From the NCBI GenBank assembly GCA_049517335.1, contig JBEKSD010000014.1:1-39921 (forward strand): a DNA stretch of 39,921 bases, given 5' to 3'. A model generated the notes under the pieces. It worked only from the letters and a program-made list of their open reading frames with translations, ran no database searches and was not told the DNA's origin. This document shows, piece after piece, positions 1 through 9,556 of this stretch; the first letter of the stretch is position 1; the number at the start of each line of letters is the position of its first letter. The stretch comes from Candidatus Omnitrophota bacterium. GTDB taxonomy: Bacteria > Omnitrophota > Gorgyraeia > Gygaellales > Profunditerraquicolaceae. Both the position numbers and the translations under genes were made by a program.

Positions 1-1611
1 GCCTTTTTCCCCGTCTATTATATTCCCGCTAATCCTTCCTTACTGATTTTAGTGGCCCTGTATCCTTTTATAACTACTTATACGATTCTTAAATATAGAT
101 TAGTAGATGTCAATATCGCCTTGACCCGGGCCGGAATTTTTATCACCGTTTATACGTTAGTTTTAGGTATTCCTTTTGCCGTTGCCGGGATATTTAAAGG
201 ATGGTTAATTGATAAATTAGGTGTTCAATGGTGGGTAGCTCCTTTAGCGCTTATGGCTATGTTGGCTACAATAGGCCCCTTTTTCTATATTTACGCGCAG
301 CGTAAAGCCGAAGATAAGCTTCTTAGAGAGCAAAAACGGTATCAGTCAACTTTAAAGCAGGCATCCGTAGGGATGACGCGTATCCGCGATTTAAGAAGGC
401 TTCTTGATTTAATTGCCCACATTGTTACTAAGACCGTGCACATCTCTTATGCCGCAATCTATCTTTACGATAGACATAGCAATGAGTATATTTTACAGGT
501 AAGCCGGGTAAAAGGAAAAGTTTCTATTCCAAGTTTTCCCGTAGATAATCCGCTTATTAAATGGCTGACTCTTGAACAGGAACCGCTTATTTATGAAGAG
601 GTTAAAAGAAGATTAGAGGATAGCAAGGAAGATACTTATCGGGGATTAGAAGAAAATATGCGCGCTCTCGGCGCCTCGGTAATTATTCCCAGTTTCTTAG
701 AGAATAAATTCATGGGGTTCTTTGTGCTTGGCGATAAGAGATCCGGGCAGATTTATACGCTTGATGATTTAAATGTGTTCCAAGTTTTAGCCAGCCAGGC
801 GGCATTGGCAATTGAAAACGCCCAGTTCTATGAAGAAGTGAAAGAAATGAATGAGCAGATTGCGCAGGCGGATAAGATGGCTACCATAGGGACAATGGCT
901 GATGGACTTTCACACCAGATTAATAACCGTTTTTATGCATTATCTTTAATCGCTGGAGATTCAATTGATACCATTAAGCTAACCGATACCTCAAAATGCA
1001 CGCCTGAGGTAAAAGCGATGATTGATAACATAAATTACGCCCTCGGCCGCATCCAGTCAAACGTAATTCAAGGCGGGGAGGTTGTACGCGGGCTGCTTAA
1101 ATATTCGCGAAAAGGGGATGAAGGCTTAGAGCCGTTAAAATTGAATGATATTATTGATAATACCCTTGAAATGGTGCAGTTTAAAGTCAAGCTTTCCGAA
1201 ATTGATTTAATCCGCGACTTTCCCGATGACCTGCCTAAAATTAAGGGCAATATGACTCAGTTGAATGAGGCATTCTTTAATTTCATTGATAATGCTTATG
1301 ATGCCATTGTAGAGCGCCGCATTACCTTAAAAGAGCCCGGCTATAGAGGGAAAATTACGATTTCCGCCAAACCTATTGATGGCTATCTTCAAATCATTTT
1401 TCAGGATAACGGAATGGGCATTAAAACTGATAATAATAAGAAGATTTTTACCCCTTTCTTTACCACTAAAATCTCCTCCCGCAAAGGAACCGGCCTCGGG
1501 CTTTATGTTATCCGGCGCATCATTATTGAGTCTCACCATGGCAAAATCGCATTTGATTCTGAATACAAAGTAGGCACTCGATTTACCTTAGAGCTGCCGC
1601 TTGCTAATTAA
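1..1611 (+). CDS. Membrane-bound GAF-domain sensor histidine kinase (5'-partial)
   Basis: Frame is open from base 1 (AFFPVYYIPANPSLLILVAL...). Hydrophobic TM helices, then GAF (LGDKRSGQIYTLDDLNVFQVLASQAALAIENAQFY), H-box SHQINNRF, N-box NFIDNAYDA, G1 DNGMGI, F-box IFTPFFTTK, G2 GTGLGL. Confidence 0.92.
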   Translation, partial: AFFPVYYIPANPSLLILVALYPFITTYTILKYRLVDVNIALTRAGIFITVYTLVLGIPFAVAGIFKGWLIDKLGVQWWVAPLALMAMLATIGPFFYIYAQRKAEDKLLREQKRYQSTLKQASVGMTRIRDLRRLLDLIAHIVTKTVHISYAAIYLYDRHSNEYILQVSRVKGKVSIPSFPVDNPLIKWLTLEQEPLIYEEVKRRLEDSKEDTYRGLEENMRALGASVIIPSFLENKFMGFFVLGDKRSGQIYTLDDLNVFQVLASQAALAIENAQFYEEVKEMNEQIAQADKMATIGTMADGLSHQINNRFYALSLIAGDSIDTIKLTDTSKCTPEVKAMIDNINYALGRIQSNVIQGGEVVRGLLKYSRKGDEGLEPLKLNDIIDNTLEMVQFKVKLSEIDLIRDFPDDLPKIKGNMTQLNEAFFNFIDNAYDAIVERRITLKEPGYRGKITISAKPIDGYLQIIFQDNGMGIKTDNNKKIFTPFFTTKISSRKGTGLGLYVIRRIIIESHHGKIAFDSEYKVGTRFTLELPLAN

Positions 1612-1640
1612 TTACAAATAAGAAAAAAAGTAGAAAGTAG

Positions 1641-1672
1641 AGGTCAGAGCCATTTGGCTCTAGTCCTTTTTT
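1641..1672 (+). terminator. Intrinsic terminator / degenerate palindromic element
   Basis: Stem AGAGCCA-tt-TGGCTCT (1646-1661), outer AGG/CCT pairing, followed by TTTTTT, just after the kinase stop. Confidence 0.6.
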
Positions 1673-1682
1673 GGTTTTTCTC

Positions 1683-1711
1683 TTGCAATTATATTTTATT
1701 TGTGATAATTT
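1683..1711 (+). promoter_or_regulatory. Sigma70-type promoter for the trxA operon
   Basis: TTGCAA (1683-1688), 17 bp spacer, TAATTT (1706-1711), with extended -10 TG at 1703-1704. Confidence 0.6.
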
Positions 1712-1756
1712 ATTTACCTTAACCATTCTATTAAACTATTATACATGAGGTAAGAT

Positions 1757-2080
1757 ATGAGTATACAGCATTTTACAGACGGTAATTTTAAGAAAGAAGT
1801 CGTGGAATCCGAACTGCCGGTTTTGGTTGATTTTTGGGCGGCCTGGTGCGGTCCCTGTAAAATGGTCACTTCTGCCATAGAAGAACTGGCTAAAGAGTAT
1901 GCGGGTAAAATGAAAATCGGTAAATTCGACGTTGACGGTAATTCCAAAATCGCCTCGCACTACGGTATAATGTCTATACCTACCCTGATGTTTTTCAAGA
2001 AAGGGCAAGTCCTGGAGCAGGTGGTGGGCGCGTTAAGCAAGGCGGATTTAAAGCGTAAAATAGAAGCGCATATCAAATAA
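1757..2080 (+). CDS. trxA: Thioredoxin
   Basis: VLVDFWAAWCGPCK active site, GIMSIPTL, 107 aa; SD GAGG upstream. Confidence 0.97.
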   Translation: MSIQHFTDGNFKKEVVESELPVLVDFWAAWCGPCKMVTSAIEELAKEYAGKMKIGKFDVDGNSKIASHYGIMSIPTLMFFKKGQVLEQVVGALSKADLKRKIEAHIK

Positions 2081-2082
2081 TA

Positions 2083-3171
2083 ATGAAGAAGGTTTTCATC
2101 GCCGCCACTAAACAGAACGACGGAAAAACCACCGTTTCTTTAGGGCTAATCAGTAATTTTCAGAAGAGATTCAGGAAAGTCGGTTTTATCAAGCCTATCG
2201 GCCAAAGGTACCTTGAAGAGGAAGGCCTGAGGATAGACGAAGATTCAATCCTGATAGAGGAAGTTTGCGGTATAAAATGCGGGCTCAAAGACATGAGCCC
2301 GATAGCGGTTGAAAGAGGCTTTACCGAGAAGTATATAGCTAATCCCGATAAACGCTCTATTTCAAACCGGATTAAGGATTCATTCCGCAGGGTTTCCAAG
2401 AATCAAGACTTGGTTATAGTGGAAGGGACAGGGCATGCTGGAGTAGGCTCGGTTTTTGACCACTCTAACGCTTACGTAGCAAAACTACTGGGAGCTAATG
2501 TCATTATTATTTCTTCCGGTGGGGTAGGTCGGCCTATTGACGAAATCGTCCTGAATAAAGCGCTTTTTGAAAAAGAAGGCGTTAAAGTTCTAGGGGTAAT
2601 AGTAAATAAAGTTTTACCTGAAAAATTTGACAAGATTAACAGGTTTGTCAGGTTAGGCTTAGAAAGAAAAGGGATTAAGGTTTTAGGCGTCCTTCCCTTT
2701 AACCCTATGCTTGCCCGGCCGACAATAGAGCAGATTTTAGAGGAAACGGATTTTGAGCTTTTTTGCGGGAAGGATTATTTAGAGCGTTCCGTATCGCAGG
2801 TTATGGTCGGGGCAATGGAGCCCCATGACGCCGTAAAATACATCACAGAAGATAGCCTGATAATTACGCCCGGGGACAGGGAGGATATGATTATGACGGC
2901 TTTAAGTTTTTTCCGCGACACAGAGAAGAAAAAACTTAAAATTTCTGGAATAATATTATCCGGAGGGATTACGCCGGAGACGCCGATTACGAACCTTTTG
3001 ATGAAAGCAGATATCCCTGTACTGGTTGCTAAATCCGATACTTATGATGTGGCAACAAGCATCCATGATATGACGGTGAAGCTGAGGGTGCAGGATAAGG
3101 AAAAAATTAACGCGGTGATTAATCTAATCAAAGAACGCGTTGATTTGGACAGAATTTATAAGGAGATGTGA
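2083..3171 (+). CDS. Stand-alone Pta N-terminal-like protein (BioD-like AAA_26 P-loop + DRTGG domain)
   Basis: ATKQNDGKTT P-loop, GFIKPIG, IVEGTGH, GVIVNKV, DRTGG-type LIITPGDREDMI; lacks the PTA catalytic domain. Confidence 0.88.
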   Translation: MKKVFIAATKQNDGKTTVSLGLISNFQKRFRKVGFIKPIGQRYLEEEGLRIDEDSILIEEVCGIKCGLKDMSPIAVERGFTEKYIANPDKRSISNRIKDSFRRVSKNQDLVIVEGTGHAGVGSVFDHSNAYVAKLLGANVIIISSGGVGRPIDEIVLNKALFEKEGVKVLGVIVNKVLPEKFDKINRFVRLGLERKGIKVLGVLPFNPMLARPTIEQILEETDFELFCGKDYLERSVSQVMVGAMEPHDAVKYITEDSLIITPGDREDMIMTALSFFRDTEKKKLKISGIILSGGITPETPITNLLMKADIPVLVAKSDTYDVATSIHDMTVKLRVQDKEKINAVINLIKERVDLDRIYKEM

Positions 3172-3172
3172 T

Positions 3173-4102
3173 ATGGATATAATATCCAAAATTCGCCAGA
3201 GAGCGAGGTTTAAACAAGGAACAATTGTATTGCCGGAGTACTATGACAAAAGAGTCGTAGAAGCGGCAAAAATTATTCAGCAAGAGGAGATAGCCAAGGT
3301 TTTCCTCTTAACCCCCGATAAAATAGACTTAAAAGTCAAAGAAAGATATATTCAGGAATATTATGAAGAGCATAAGGGAAAAGACGTTGATTTAGAGCAG
3401 GTAAGAAAATTATTTGAAGATACGCTTTATTATGCCGCAATGATGACCCGAGAAGGAAAAGTTGACGGTCTTGTTGCCGGTGCTTCGCATACTACTCCCG
3501 ACATGGCGCGCGCTTCAATACGCTGCTTAGGCGTGAATGAGAGGGTAACTATCGTTTCGAGTTGTTTCATTATGGCGGTACCGGACTGCCCTTACGGGGA
3601 AAACGGGACGTTTGTTTTCGCCGATTGTGGAATTATTCCTGAGCCGAATTCCCGGCAGCTTGCCTGTATCGCTTTAACCGCTTCGGAATTAGCGGCTAAG
3701 GTTTTAGATTTAGAGCCGCGCATCGCGTTTTTAAGTTACTCCACAAAAGGTTCGGCAAAGACAAAGTCAGCCGAGAAAATCGCCGAAGCGATGTCTGCTT
3801 TAAAGGAAATGTCACCGGATTTATTGGCTGACGGGGAAATGCAGGTGGATGCCGCAATTGTCCCAGAAGTGGCAAAGATAAAATATCCGGACAGCCCCAT
3901 AGGCGGCAGGGCTAATGTTTTAATATTCCCGAATCTTGAAGCGGGGAATATCGGATATAAACTGGTCCAACGGCTAAGTAGGGCACGGGCGCTGGGGCCA
4001 CTACTTTTAGGCCTGAATAAACCGGCAAGTGACCTTTCCCGCGGCTGCCTTGTTGAGGATATAGTTGACTGTGCCGCGGTAACAGCGATAAGGGCGCAAT
4101 AG
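3173..4102 (+). CDS. pta: Phosphate acetyltransferase (catalytic PTA_PTB domain only)
   Basis: Start moved to ATG 3173 (SD AGGAG 3161-3165). Motifs FADCG, AFLSYSTKGSA, DGEMQVDAA, ANVLIFPNLEAGNIGYK, DLSRGC; adjacent to ackA. Confidence 0.93.
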   Translation: MDIISKIRQRARFKQGTIVLPEYYDKRVVEAAKIIQQEEIAKVFLLTPDKIDLKVKERYIQEYYEEHKGKDVDLEQVRKLFEDTLYYAAMMTREGKVDGLVAGASHTTPDMARASIRCLGVNERVTIVSSCFIMAVPDCPYGENGTFVFADCGIIPEPNSRQLACIALTASELAAKVLDLEPRIAFLSYSTKGSAKTKSAEKIAEAMSALKEMSPDLLADGEMQVDAAIVPEVAKIKYPDSPIGGRANVLIFPNLEAGNIGYKLVQRLSRARALGPLLLGLNKPASDLSRGCLVEDIVDCAAVTAIRAQ

Positions 4103-4103
4103 G

Positions 4104-5174
4104 ATGAAAATATTAGTCATAAATTCAGGGAGTTCGTCAATAAAATATAAGCTTTTCCAGATGCCTAAAGACAGGCTCATTGCAAAAGGGATAATTGAGC
4201 ATATAGGCGAGAAAGGCTCCAAGGTCAGCAGCCATTATGAGGGGTTGAAAATCGTGCTCTCAAAAGTCAGCGCTGTTGATGCGGTCGGCCATAGGGTCGT
4301 GCACGGAGCTGAAAAATTCAAGAAACCGGTTATTATCAATAAAACCGTGATTAAAAAAATAAGGCAATGTTGCTCAATTGCCCCCTTACATAACCCGGCG
4401 AATCTTGACGGGATACTCGCCTGCTCAAAACTGCTTGCGGGAAAAAAACAGGTTGCTGTTTTTGATACGGCATTTCACCAAACAATCCCCGATTTTGCTT
4501 ATATCTACGGGCTTCCCTACGAGTATTACAGGAAATTCGGCATAAGAAAATATGGTTTTCACGGCACGAGCCACGAATACGTAGCTCATGAAGCTGCGCG
4601 CATTTTAAAGAAGCCCTTAAGTAAGTTAAGAATCATAACCTGCCACTTGGGCAATGGTTGCAGTATTACTGCCGTAGATAAAGGTAAATCCGTTGATACG
4701 AGCATGGGGTTTACGCCGTTGGAAGGTTTAATTATGGGCACCCGTTGCGGAGATATTGACCCTGCGTTGGTAACTTACATAATGCGCAGGAAAAAACTGG
4801 ATACGCATCAGTTGGATTTTCTTTTAAACAAAGAAAGCGGGTTAAAAGGGATTTCCGGGATCAGCAATGATATGCGCGCTCTGGAAAAAAAAGAAAAGAA
4901 TGGGAATAAGCGGGCGCGTTTGGCGCTGGAAATGTTTGTCTACCGCATAAGAAAATATATCGGTGCGTATTGTTCGGCCATGCAGGGATGCGATGTTCTG
5001 GTTTTTACCGGAGGTATCGGAGAGAACCAAAAAAATATCAGAGAAAGGATTTGCCGGGGAATGAGTTTATTTTTAAAAAAGTCGCCGTGCGTTTTAGTCA
5101 TTCCTACCAATGAAGAGTTAATGATTGCACGCCAGACATACGGCTTGATAAGCGCTTTTAGTTTAAGGAGATAA
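4104..5174 (+). CDS. ackA: Acetate kinase
   Basis: ILVINSGSSSIKY, GHRVVHG, APLHNP, VFDTAFH, YGFHGTSH, HLGNG, FTGGIGEN, PTNEEL. Confidence 0.97.
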   Translation: MKILVINSGSSSIKYKLFQMPKDRLIAKGIIEHIGEKGSKVSSHYEGLKIVLSKVSAVDAVGHRVVHGAEKFKKPVIINKTVIKKIRQCCSIAPLHNPANLDGILACSKLLAGKKQVAVFDTAFHQTIPDFAYIYGLPYEYYRKFGIRKYGFHGTSHEYVAHEAARILKKPLSKLRIITCHLGNGCSITAVDKGKSVDTSMGFTPLEGLIMGTRCGDIDPALVTYIMRRKKLDTHQLDFLLNKESGLKGISGISNDMRALEKKEKNGNKRARLALEMFVYRIRKYIGAYCSAMQGCDVLVFTGGIGENQKNIRERICRGMSLFLKKSPCVLVIPTNEELMIARQTYGLISAFSLRR

Positions 5175-5175
5175 T

Positions 5176-5538
5176 ATGATGAGGATAATATTAAAGTCAA
5201 AAATCCACAGGGCAACGGTAACCGAATCAAACCTTTATTATGAAGGGAGCATTACCATTGATAGTAAGTTAATGGATGCTTCCGGCATTATTGAGTATGA
5301 AAAGGTCGAGGTCCTGAATCTTAACAACGGGCACCGTCTTGAGACATACGCCATTAAAGGAAAAACCGGCTCAGGCACAATTTGCCTTAACGGTCCAGCT
5401 GCCCGCGGTGCGTGTAAAGGCGATTCAGTGATTATCGCTTCTTACGCATATGTAGAAGATAAGGACGCAGCAAAGGTTAAACCTAAAATAATCAAAGTAG
5501 ATGAAAGAAACCGCATCAAGAATAAGGTTATTCGGTGA
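5176..5538 (+). CDS. panD: Aspartate 1-decarboxylase
   Basis: KSKIHRATVT, self-cleavage site G24-S25 (YEGSITID), ETYAI, CLNGPAAR. Confidence 0.97.
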   Translation: MMRIILKSKIHRATVTESNLYYEGSITIDSKLMDASGIIEYEKVEVLNLNNGHRLETYAIKGKTGSGTICLNGPAARGACKGDSVIIASYAYVEDKDAAKVKPKIIKVDERNRIKNKVIR

Positions 5539-6049
5539 CCCGCTATTAAGGAAACGCGCTAAACCGGTGCACAAAGTTATCGATGAACACAGGCAGGCTT
5601 TGAGTATAATGGCCCAGCTTATGTATAAAGGCTCAGGTATCGGCCTGGCGTCGCTTCAGGCGGGATTTACTGACGCGATGATAGTAGTTGATGTCGGTAG
5701 CGGCCTTTACAAAGTAATCAATCCCAAAGTGGTTGAAGAGAAAGGCACGCAGGCATTAAGCGAAGGATGTTTAAGTATCCCGGGAATTTGCGTTAAAGTC
5801 AGGAGGGCAAAACAGGTCAGGGTCCGGGGGTTGGATGAAACAGGCAAACCCGTTGATATTGAAGCCGAAGACCTGCTTGCCTGCGTTTTTCAGCATGAAA
5901 TAGACCATTTAAAAGGAAAGATGGTCGTGGATTATGCTTCTTTTTTTGAGAAGCTGAAAATAAAAAATAAATTAGGGCAATTAAGGCAAAGATCTAAAAT
6001 TGAATTAACGCAAGATGCTCAAGCTGGAACCTGTCAGGTGCAGCTCTAA
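5501..6049 (+). CDS. def: Peptide deformylase
   Basis: Motif 1 GIGLASLQ (variant of GxGLAAxQ), EGCLS, QHEIDHL. Confidence 0.95.
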   Translation: MKETASRIRLFGDPLLRKRAKPVHKVIDEHRQALSIMAQLMYKGSGIGLASLQAGFTDAMIVVDVGSGLYKVINPKVVEEKGTQALSEGCLSIPGICVKVRRAKQVRVRGLDETGKPVDIEAEDLLACVFQHEIDHLKGKMVVDYASFFEKLKIKNKLGQLRQRSKIELTQDAQAGTCQVQL

Positions 6050-6920
6050 CGGAAAAAAATTACCAGTCTGGTTTAAACAGGAAATTCCTGAACAGGGAAC
6101 TTTGAAAATCAGGGATACGCTTTCCGGGTTCGGGGTGCGTACAGTCTGCCAAGAAGCCTACTGCCCTAATATCTCGGGGTGCTTTAGTGCCCGTGAAGCG
6201 GCCTTCATGATTTTAGGGGACACCTGCACGCGAACCTGCCGTTTCTGCGCAGTCAGGAAATCAAACGGCATAGGCAGGCCGCTTGATTTTGGCGAACCGA
6301 GCAGAATAGCGAATGCAGCAAAAGCACTTGGCATTAAATATGTTGTAGTGACATCTGTTGCGCGGGATGACCTTAGCGACGGAGGCAGTTCGGTATTTGC
6401 TGAAACGATAAAGTCAATTAAATCGCTCGATATAAATACCGGTATTGAAGTTTTGGTTCCGGATTTTAGCGGCGACCTCGAAAGTATTAAAAAAGTTTTA
6501 GCTGCCAAGCCTGATGTTTTTGCGCATAATATTGAAACTGTCAAGCGGTTATATAGCTGTTTAAGGCCGGAAGCAGATTATAAGCGTTCCCTTGAATTAT
6601 TAAACAAGTCCAAAGAATTGAATAAAAATATACTTACTAAGTCTTCAATAATGCTCGGGCTTGGCGAGACAAAAGAAGAGATAATTAATGCGATGAAAGA
6701 CCTAAGGAATAATAATTGCGATATATTAACATTGGGTCAGTATTTGGCGCCGTCCAGCGAACATTATCCGGTAAGGGAATTTGTAAATCATGCTCAATTT
6801 GATGAATATCGTTCGTTCGGAGTCAGATTGGGTTTTAAAACCGTTTTATCCCTACCTCTTGCCCGCAGTTCTTATAAGGCGCAAGAGGTTTTTCAGGAGG
6901 CTAAAAGATGTATGATTTAA
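6015..6920 (+). CDS. lipA: Lipoyl synthase
   Basis: CX4CX5C (CQEAYCPNISGC), radical SAM CTRTCRFC, HNIETV, GQYL, RSSY. Confidence 0.96.
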   Translation: MLKLEPVRCSSNGKKLPVWFKQEIPEQGTLKIRDTLSGFGVRTVCQEAYCPNISGCFSAREAAFMILGDTCTRTCRFCAVRKSNGIGRPLDFGEPSRIANAAKALGIKYVVVTSVARDDLSDGGSSVFAETIKSIKSLDINTGIEVLVPDFSGDLESIKKVLAAKPDVFAHNIETVKRLYSCLRPEADYKRSLELLNKSKELNKNILTKSSIMLGLGETKEEIINAMKDLRNNNCDILTLGQYLAPSSEHYPVREFVNHAQFDEYRSFGVRLGFKTVLSLPLARSSYKAQEVFQEAKRCMI

Positions 6921-7816
6921 TCATTATCGGAGCCGGTCCTGCGGGACTGACGGCCGCCCTTTATGCCGGCCGCTCACGGGTTAAAACCCTGCTTTTGGAA
7001 AAAATGGCTGTGGGCGGGAGGATTTTGACAAGTGAAAAGATTGAAAATTACCCGGGTTTTATTTCAATAGCTACTCACGAGTTAATGCAAAGAATGGAAG
7101 AGCAGGTAAAAGCGCTGGATATACATATAAAACCGGGTGAGGTTTTGGATTTGGATTGTAAAACCAAGACCGTCAAAGTTGACGGCACTCACTATAGCGC
7201 GCAAGCTGTTATTATTTCTACAGGAGCCAAGCCGCGCAAACTCGGAGCCATAGGTGAAGACAGGTTAACCGGCAGGGGCGTTTCCTATTGCGCTACCTGC
7301 GATGCGCCGTTCTTCAAGGAAAAAAACGTAGTCGTGATAGGAGGCGGGAATACGGTTGCCGAAGAAGCAATCTACCTTTCACGTTTTGCAAAAAAAGTTA
7401 CTATAATCCACCGCCGGAATGAAATGCGGGCTTCGGCAATTTTACAGGAACAGTTAAAAGAAAATAAAAAGATTAATTTTATCTTAAACAATGTTGTTGA
7501 AGAAATCAGGGGTAACAATTCAGTTGATTCCATAAAATTAATAAACGTGGATTCGGGAACTGAAACCTTTGTTGACTGTGAAGGGGTATTCATTTATATC
7601 GGGTATGACCCGGATACCAGTTTTATAAAATGCAGGATAAAGTTGGACGAGTCGGGTTTTATAGTCACGGATGAGGCAATGCAGACTTCCGAAGAAGGAA
7701 TTTTTGCCTGCGGAGACTGCCGCAGGAAGCCTTTATATCAGGTAATTACTTCTTGTAGTGATGGGGCAATTGCCGCGGAGAGCGCTTATAAATATATCGC
7801 AAGGAAGGCAAAATGA
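6908..7816 (+). CDS. trxB: Thioredoxin reductase
   Basis: GAGPAG FAD motif, GVSYCATCD, GGGNT NADPH motif, IHRR, FACGD. Confidence 0.95.
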   Translation: MYDLIIIGAGPAGLTAALYAGRSRVKTLLLEKMAVGGRILTSEKIENYPGFISIATHELMQRMEEQVKALDIHIKPGEVLDLDCKTKTVKVDGTHYSAQAVIISTGAKPRKLGAIGEDRLTGRGVSYCATCDAPFFKEKNVVVIGGGNTVAEEAIYLSRFAKKVTIIHRRNEMRASAILQEQLKENKKINFILNNVVEEIRGNNSVDSIKLINVDSGTETFVDCEGVFIYIGYDPDTSFIKCRIKLDESGFIVTDEAMQTSEEGIFACGDCRRKPLYQVITSCSDGAIAAESAYKYIARKAK

Positions 7817-9552
7817 AAAAAGTAAAAGACTGGGTTAACAAAATGGCCAAACTCTGCCAGCCGGATAATATTGTCTGGATTGACGGCTCAGACGAACAGC
7901 GTAAACGGCTTGAATTGGAGGCGATGTCTTCGGGAGAACTTATCCAGCTTAATAAAGAGAAGCTGCCCGGTTGTTTTTTGCACAGGACTGCTGTTGATGA
8001 CGTTGCCCGCACTGAACACTTGACTTTTATCTGTACGAAAAAGAAAAGTGACGCTGGAGTGACGAATAACTGGATGTCTCCGGCTAATGCTTACAGGAAG
8101 GCAACGGCTATTTTTAAAGGTGCCATGAAGGGCCGGACAATGTACGTTATTCCTTTTTCAATGGGGCCGGTCGGTTCAACCTTTAGTAAAATCGGAATTG
8201 AGCTCACTGATTCTCGTTACGTAGTCTTAAATATGCTTATTATGACTCGCGCAGGTGAAATAGTCCTGCGCCAGCTTGAAAAGGGCGGTGATTTTACTAA
8301 ATGCCTACACTCCAAGGCTGATCTTGACATTAAGAAAAGGTTAATTTTGCATTTTCCCGAGGATAATACTATCTGGAGCGTGGGTTCAGGTTACGGCGGA
8401 AATGTCCTTTTGGGGAAGAAATGTCTGTCCCTGCGTATCGCAAGTTACATCGCAAGAAAAGAAAAATGGCTGGCAGAACATATGCTTATTATGGGCATTG
8501 AAGAGCCGAGTGGGCATATTGAATATATTGCCGCGGCTTTTCCTTCAGCCTGCGGAAAGACAAACCTTGCTATGCTTGTCCCTCCGGAGGGATTAAAGAT
8601 CAAGGGATACCGTATCTGGACGGTGGGGGATGATATTGCCTGGATGCGCGTTGATACCGATGGTTCTTTGTGGGCGATTAACCCTGAGACAGGATTTTTC
8701 GGAGTGGCGCGCGGAACAAATTCTAAAACAAATCCGAATATGGTGGCAACTATCCAAAAGAACACTATTTATACCAACGTGCTGCTTAAGAATGACGGGA
8801 TGGTATGGTGGGAAGGAACTGACGGAGAGGTTCCTTCCGAAGGCATTGACTGGCAGGGCCGGCCATGGAAGCCGGGACAGGAGGGCGCTCATCCCAACAG
8901 TCGGTTTACCGCTCCGCTCGTAAATTGTCCTTCAGCTTCTTTCAGGATTGATCAGCATCATGGTGTTCCGATTTCTGCCATTGTATTCGGCGGCAGAAGA
9001 GAACACTTAGCTCCTTTGGTGTTTGAGTCATTTAACTGGCAGCACGGGGTTTTTGTGGGCGCGACAATGGCTTCTGAGCGCACCGCAGCCCAAGTAGGAA
9101 AAATTGGCGAGGTGCGCAGGGATCCTATGGCTATGCTTCCTTTTTGCGGATACAATATGGGAGATTATTTCAAGCATTGGCTGGCAATGGGCAAGACCAT
9201 GGCTAAACCGCCGAAAATTTTCCACGTAAACTGGTTTAAGACGGATAAGGACGGAGAATTCCTCTGGCCGGGTTATGCCGAGAATTTACGAGTCCTTGAA
9301 TGGATATTGGACCGTTGCGATAACAAGATAGGCGCGATAAAAACCCCTATCGGTTACCTGCCTTATCCGGGAGACATAGATTTGACCGGACTTGAGTTGA
9401 TCCCAAGCGTTTTAGAAGAATTGCTGGAAGTCCCGAAGAGTGGTTGGCTTGAAGAATTAAAAAGCATTAAAAATTTCTTCAAGTTATTCGGAAAATCGCT
9501 GCCTAAAGAATTATGGGAAGAATTTGACGCTTTATCAAAAAGGCTGAAATAA
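7813..9552 (+). CDS. pckG: Phosphoenolpyruvate carboxykinase (GTP)
   Basis: [61 protein letters not shown]. Confidence 0.97.
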   Translation: MKKVKDWVNKMAKLCQPDNIVWIDGSDEQRKRLELEAMSSGELIQLNKEKLPGCFLHRTAVDDVARTEHLTFICTKKKSDAGVTNNWMSPANAYRKATAIFKGAMKGRTMYVIPFSMGPVGSTFSKIGIELTDSRYVVLNMLIMTRAGEIVLRQLEKGGDFTKCLHSKADLDIKKRLILHFPEDNTIWSVGSGYGGNVLLGKKCLSLRIASYIARKEKWLAEHMLIMGIEEPSGHIEYIAAAFPSACGKTNLAMLVPPEGLKIKGYRIWTVGDDIAWMRVDTDGSLWAINPETGFFGVARGTNSKTNPNMVATIQKNTIYTNVLLKNDGMVWWEGTDGEVPSEGIDWQGRPWKPGQEGAHPNSRFTAPLVNCPSASFRIDQHHGVPISAIVFGGRREHLAPLVFESFNWQHGVFVGATMASERTAAQVGKIGEVRRDPMAMLPFCGYNMGDYFKHWLAMGKTMAKPPKIFHVNWFKTDKDGEFLWPGYAENLRVLEWILDRCDNKIGAIKTPIGYLPYPGDIDLTGLELIPSVLEELLEVPKSGWLEELKSIKNFFKLFGKSLPKELWEEFDALSKRLK

Positions 9553-9556
9553 GGTT

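Noticed and set aside
1714-1753. TTACCTTA could pair with TGAGGTAA (the trxA SD) as an anti-SD or thermometer
   Set aside because: The predicted TSS (~1717-1718) would remove part of the 5' arm; only 8 bp in AT-rich DNA.
3161-3175. Possible prfB-like +1 frameshift (AAG GAG ATG TGA T) fusing the two Pta halves
   Set aside because: tRNA-Met cannot re-pair on UGU, and AGGAG is correctly spaced as the SD for ATG 3173.
3888-3900. GGACAGCCCCA in pta resembling the miaB palindrome
   Set aside because: It encodes the normal Pta PxSP segment, with no sign of an insertion.
5635-5661. Deformylase motif 1 variant GIGLASLQ as a sign of inactivity
   Set aside because: The key G and Q, EGCLS and HExxH are all retained; within normal variation.
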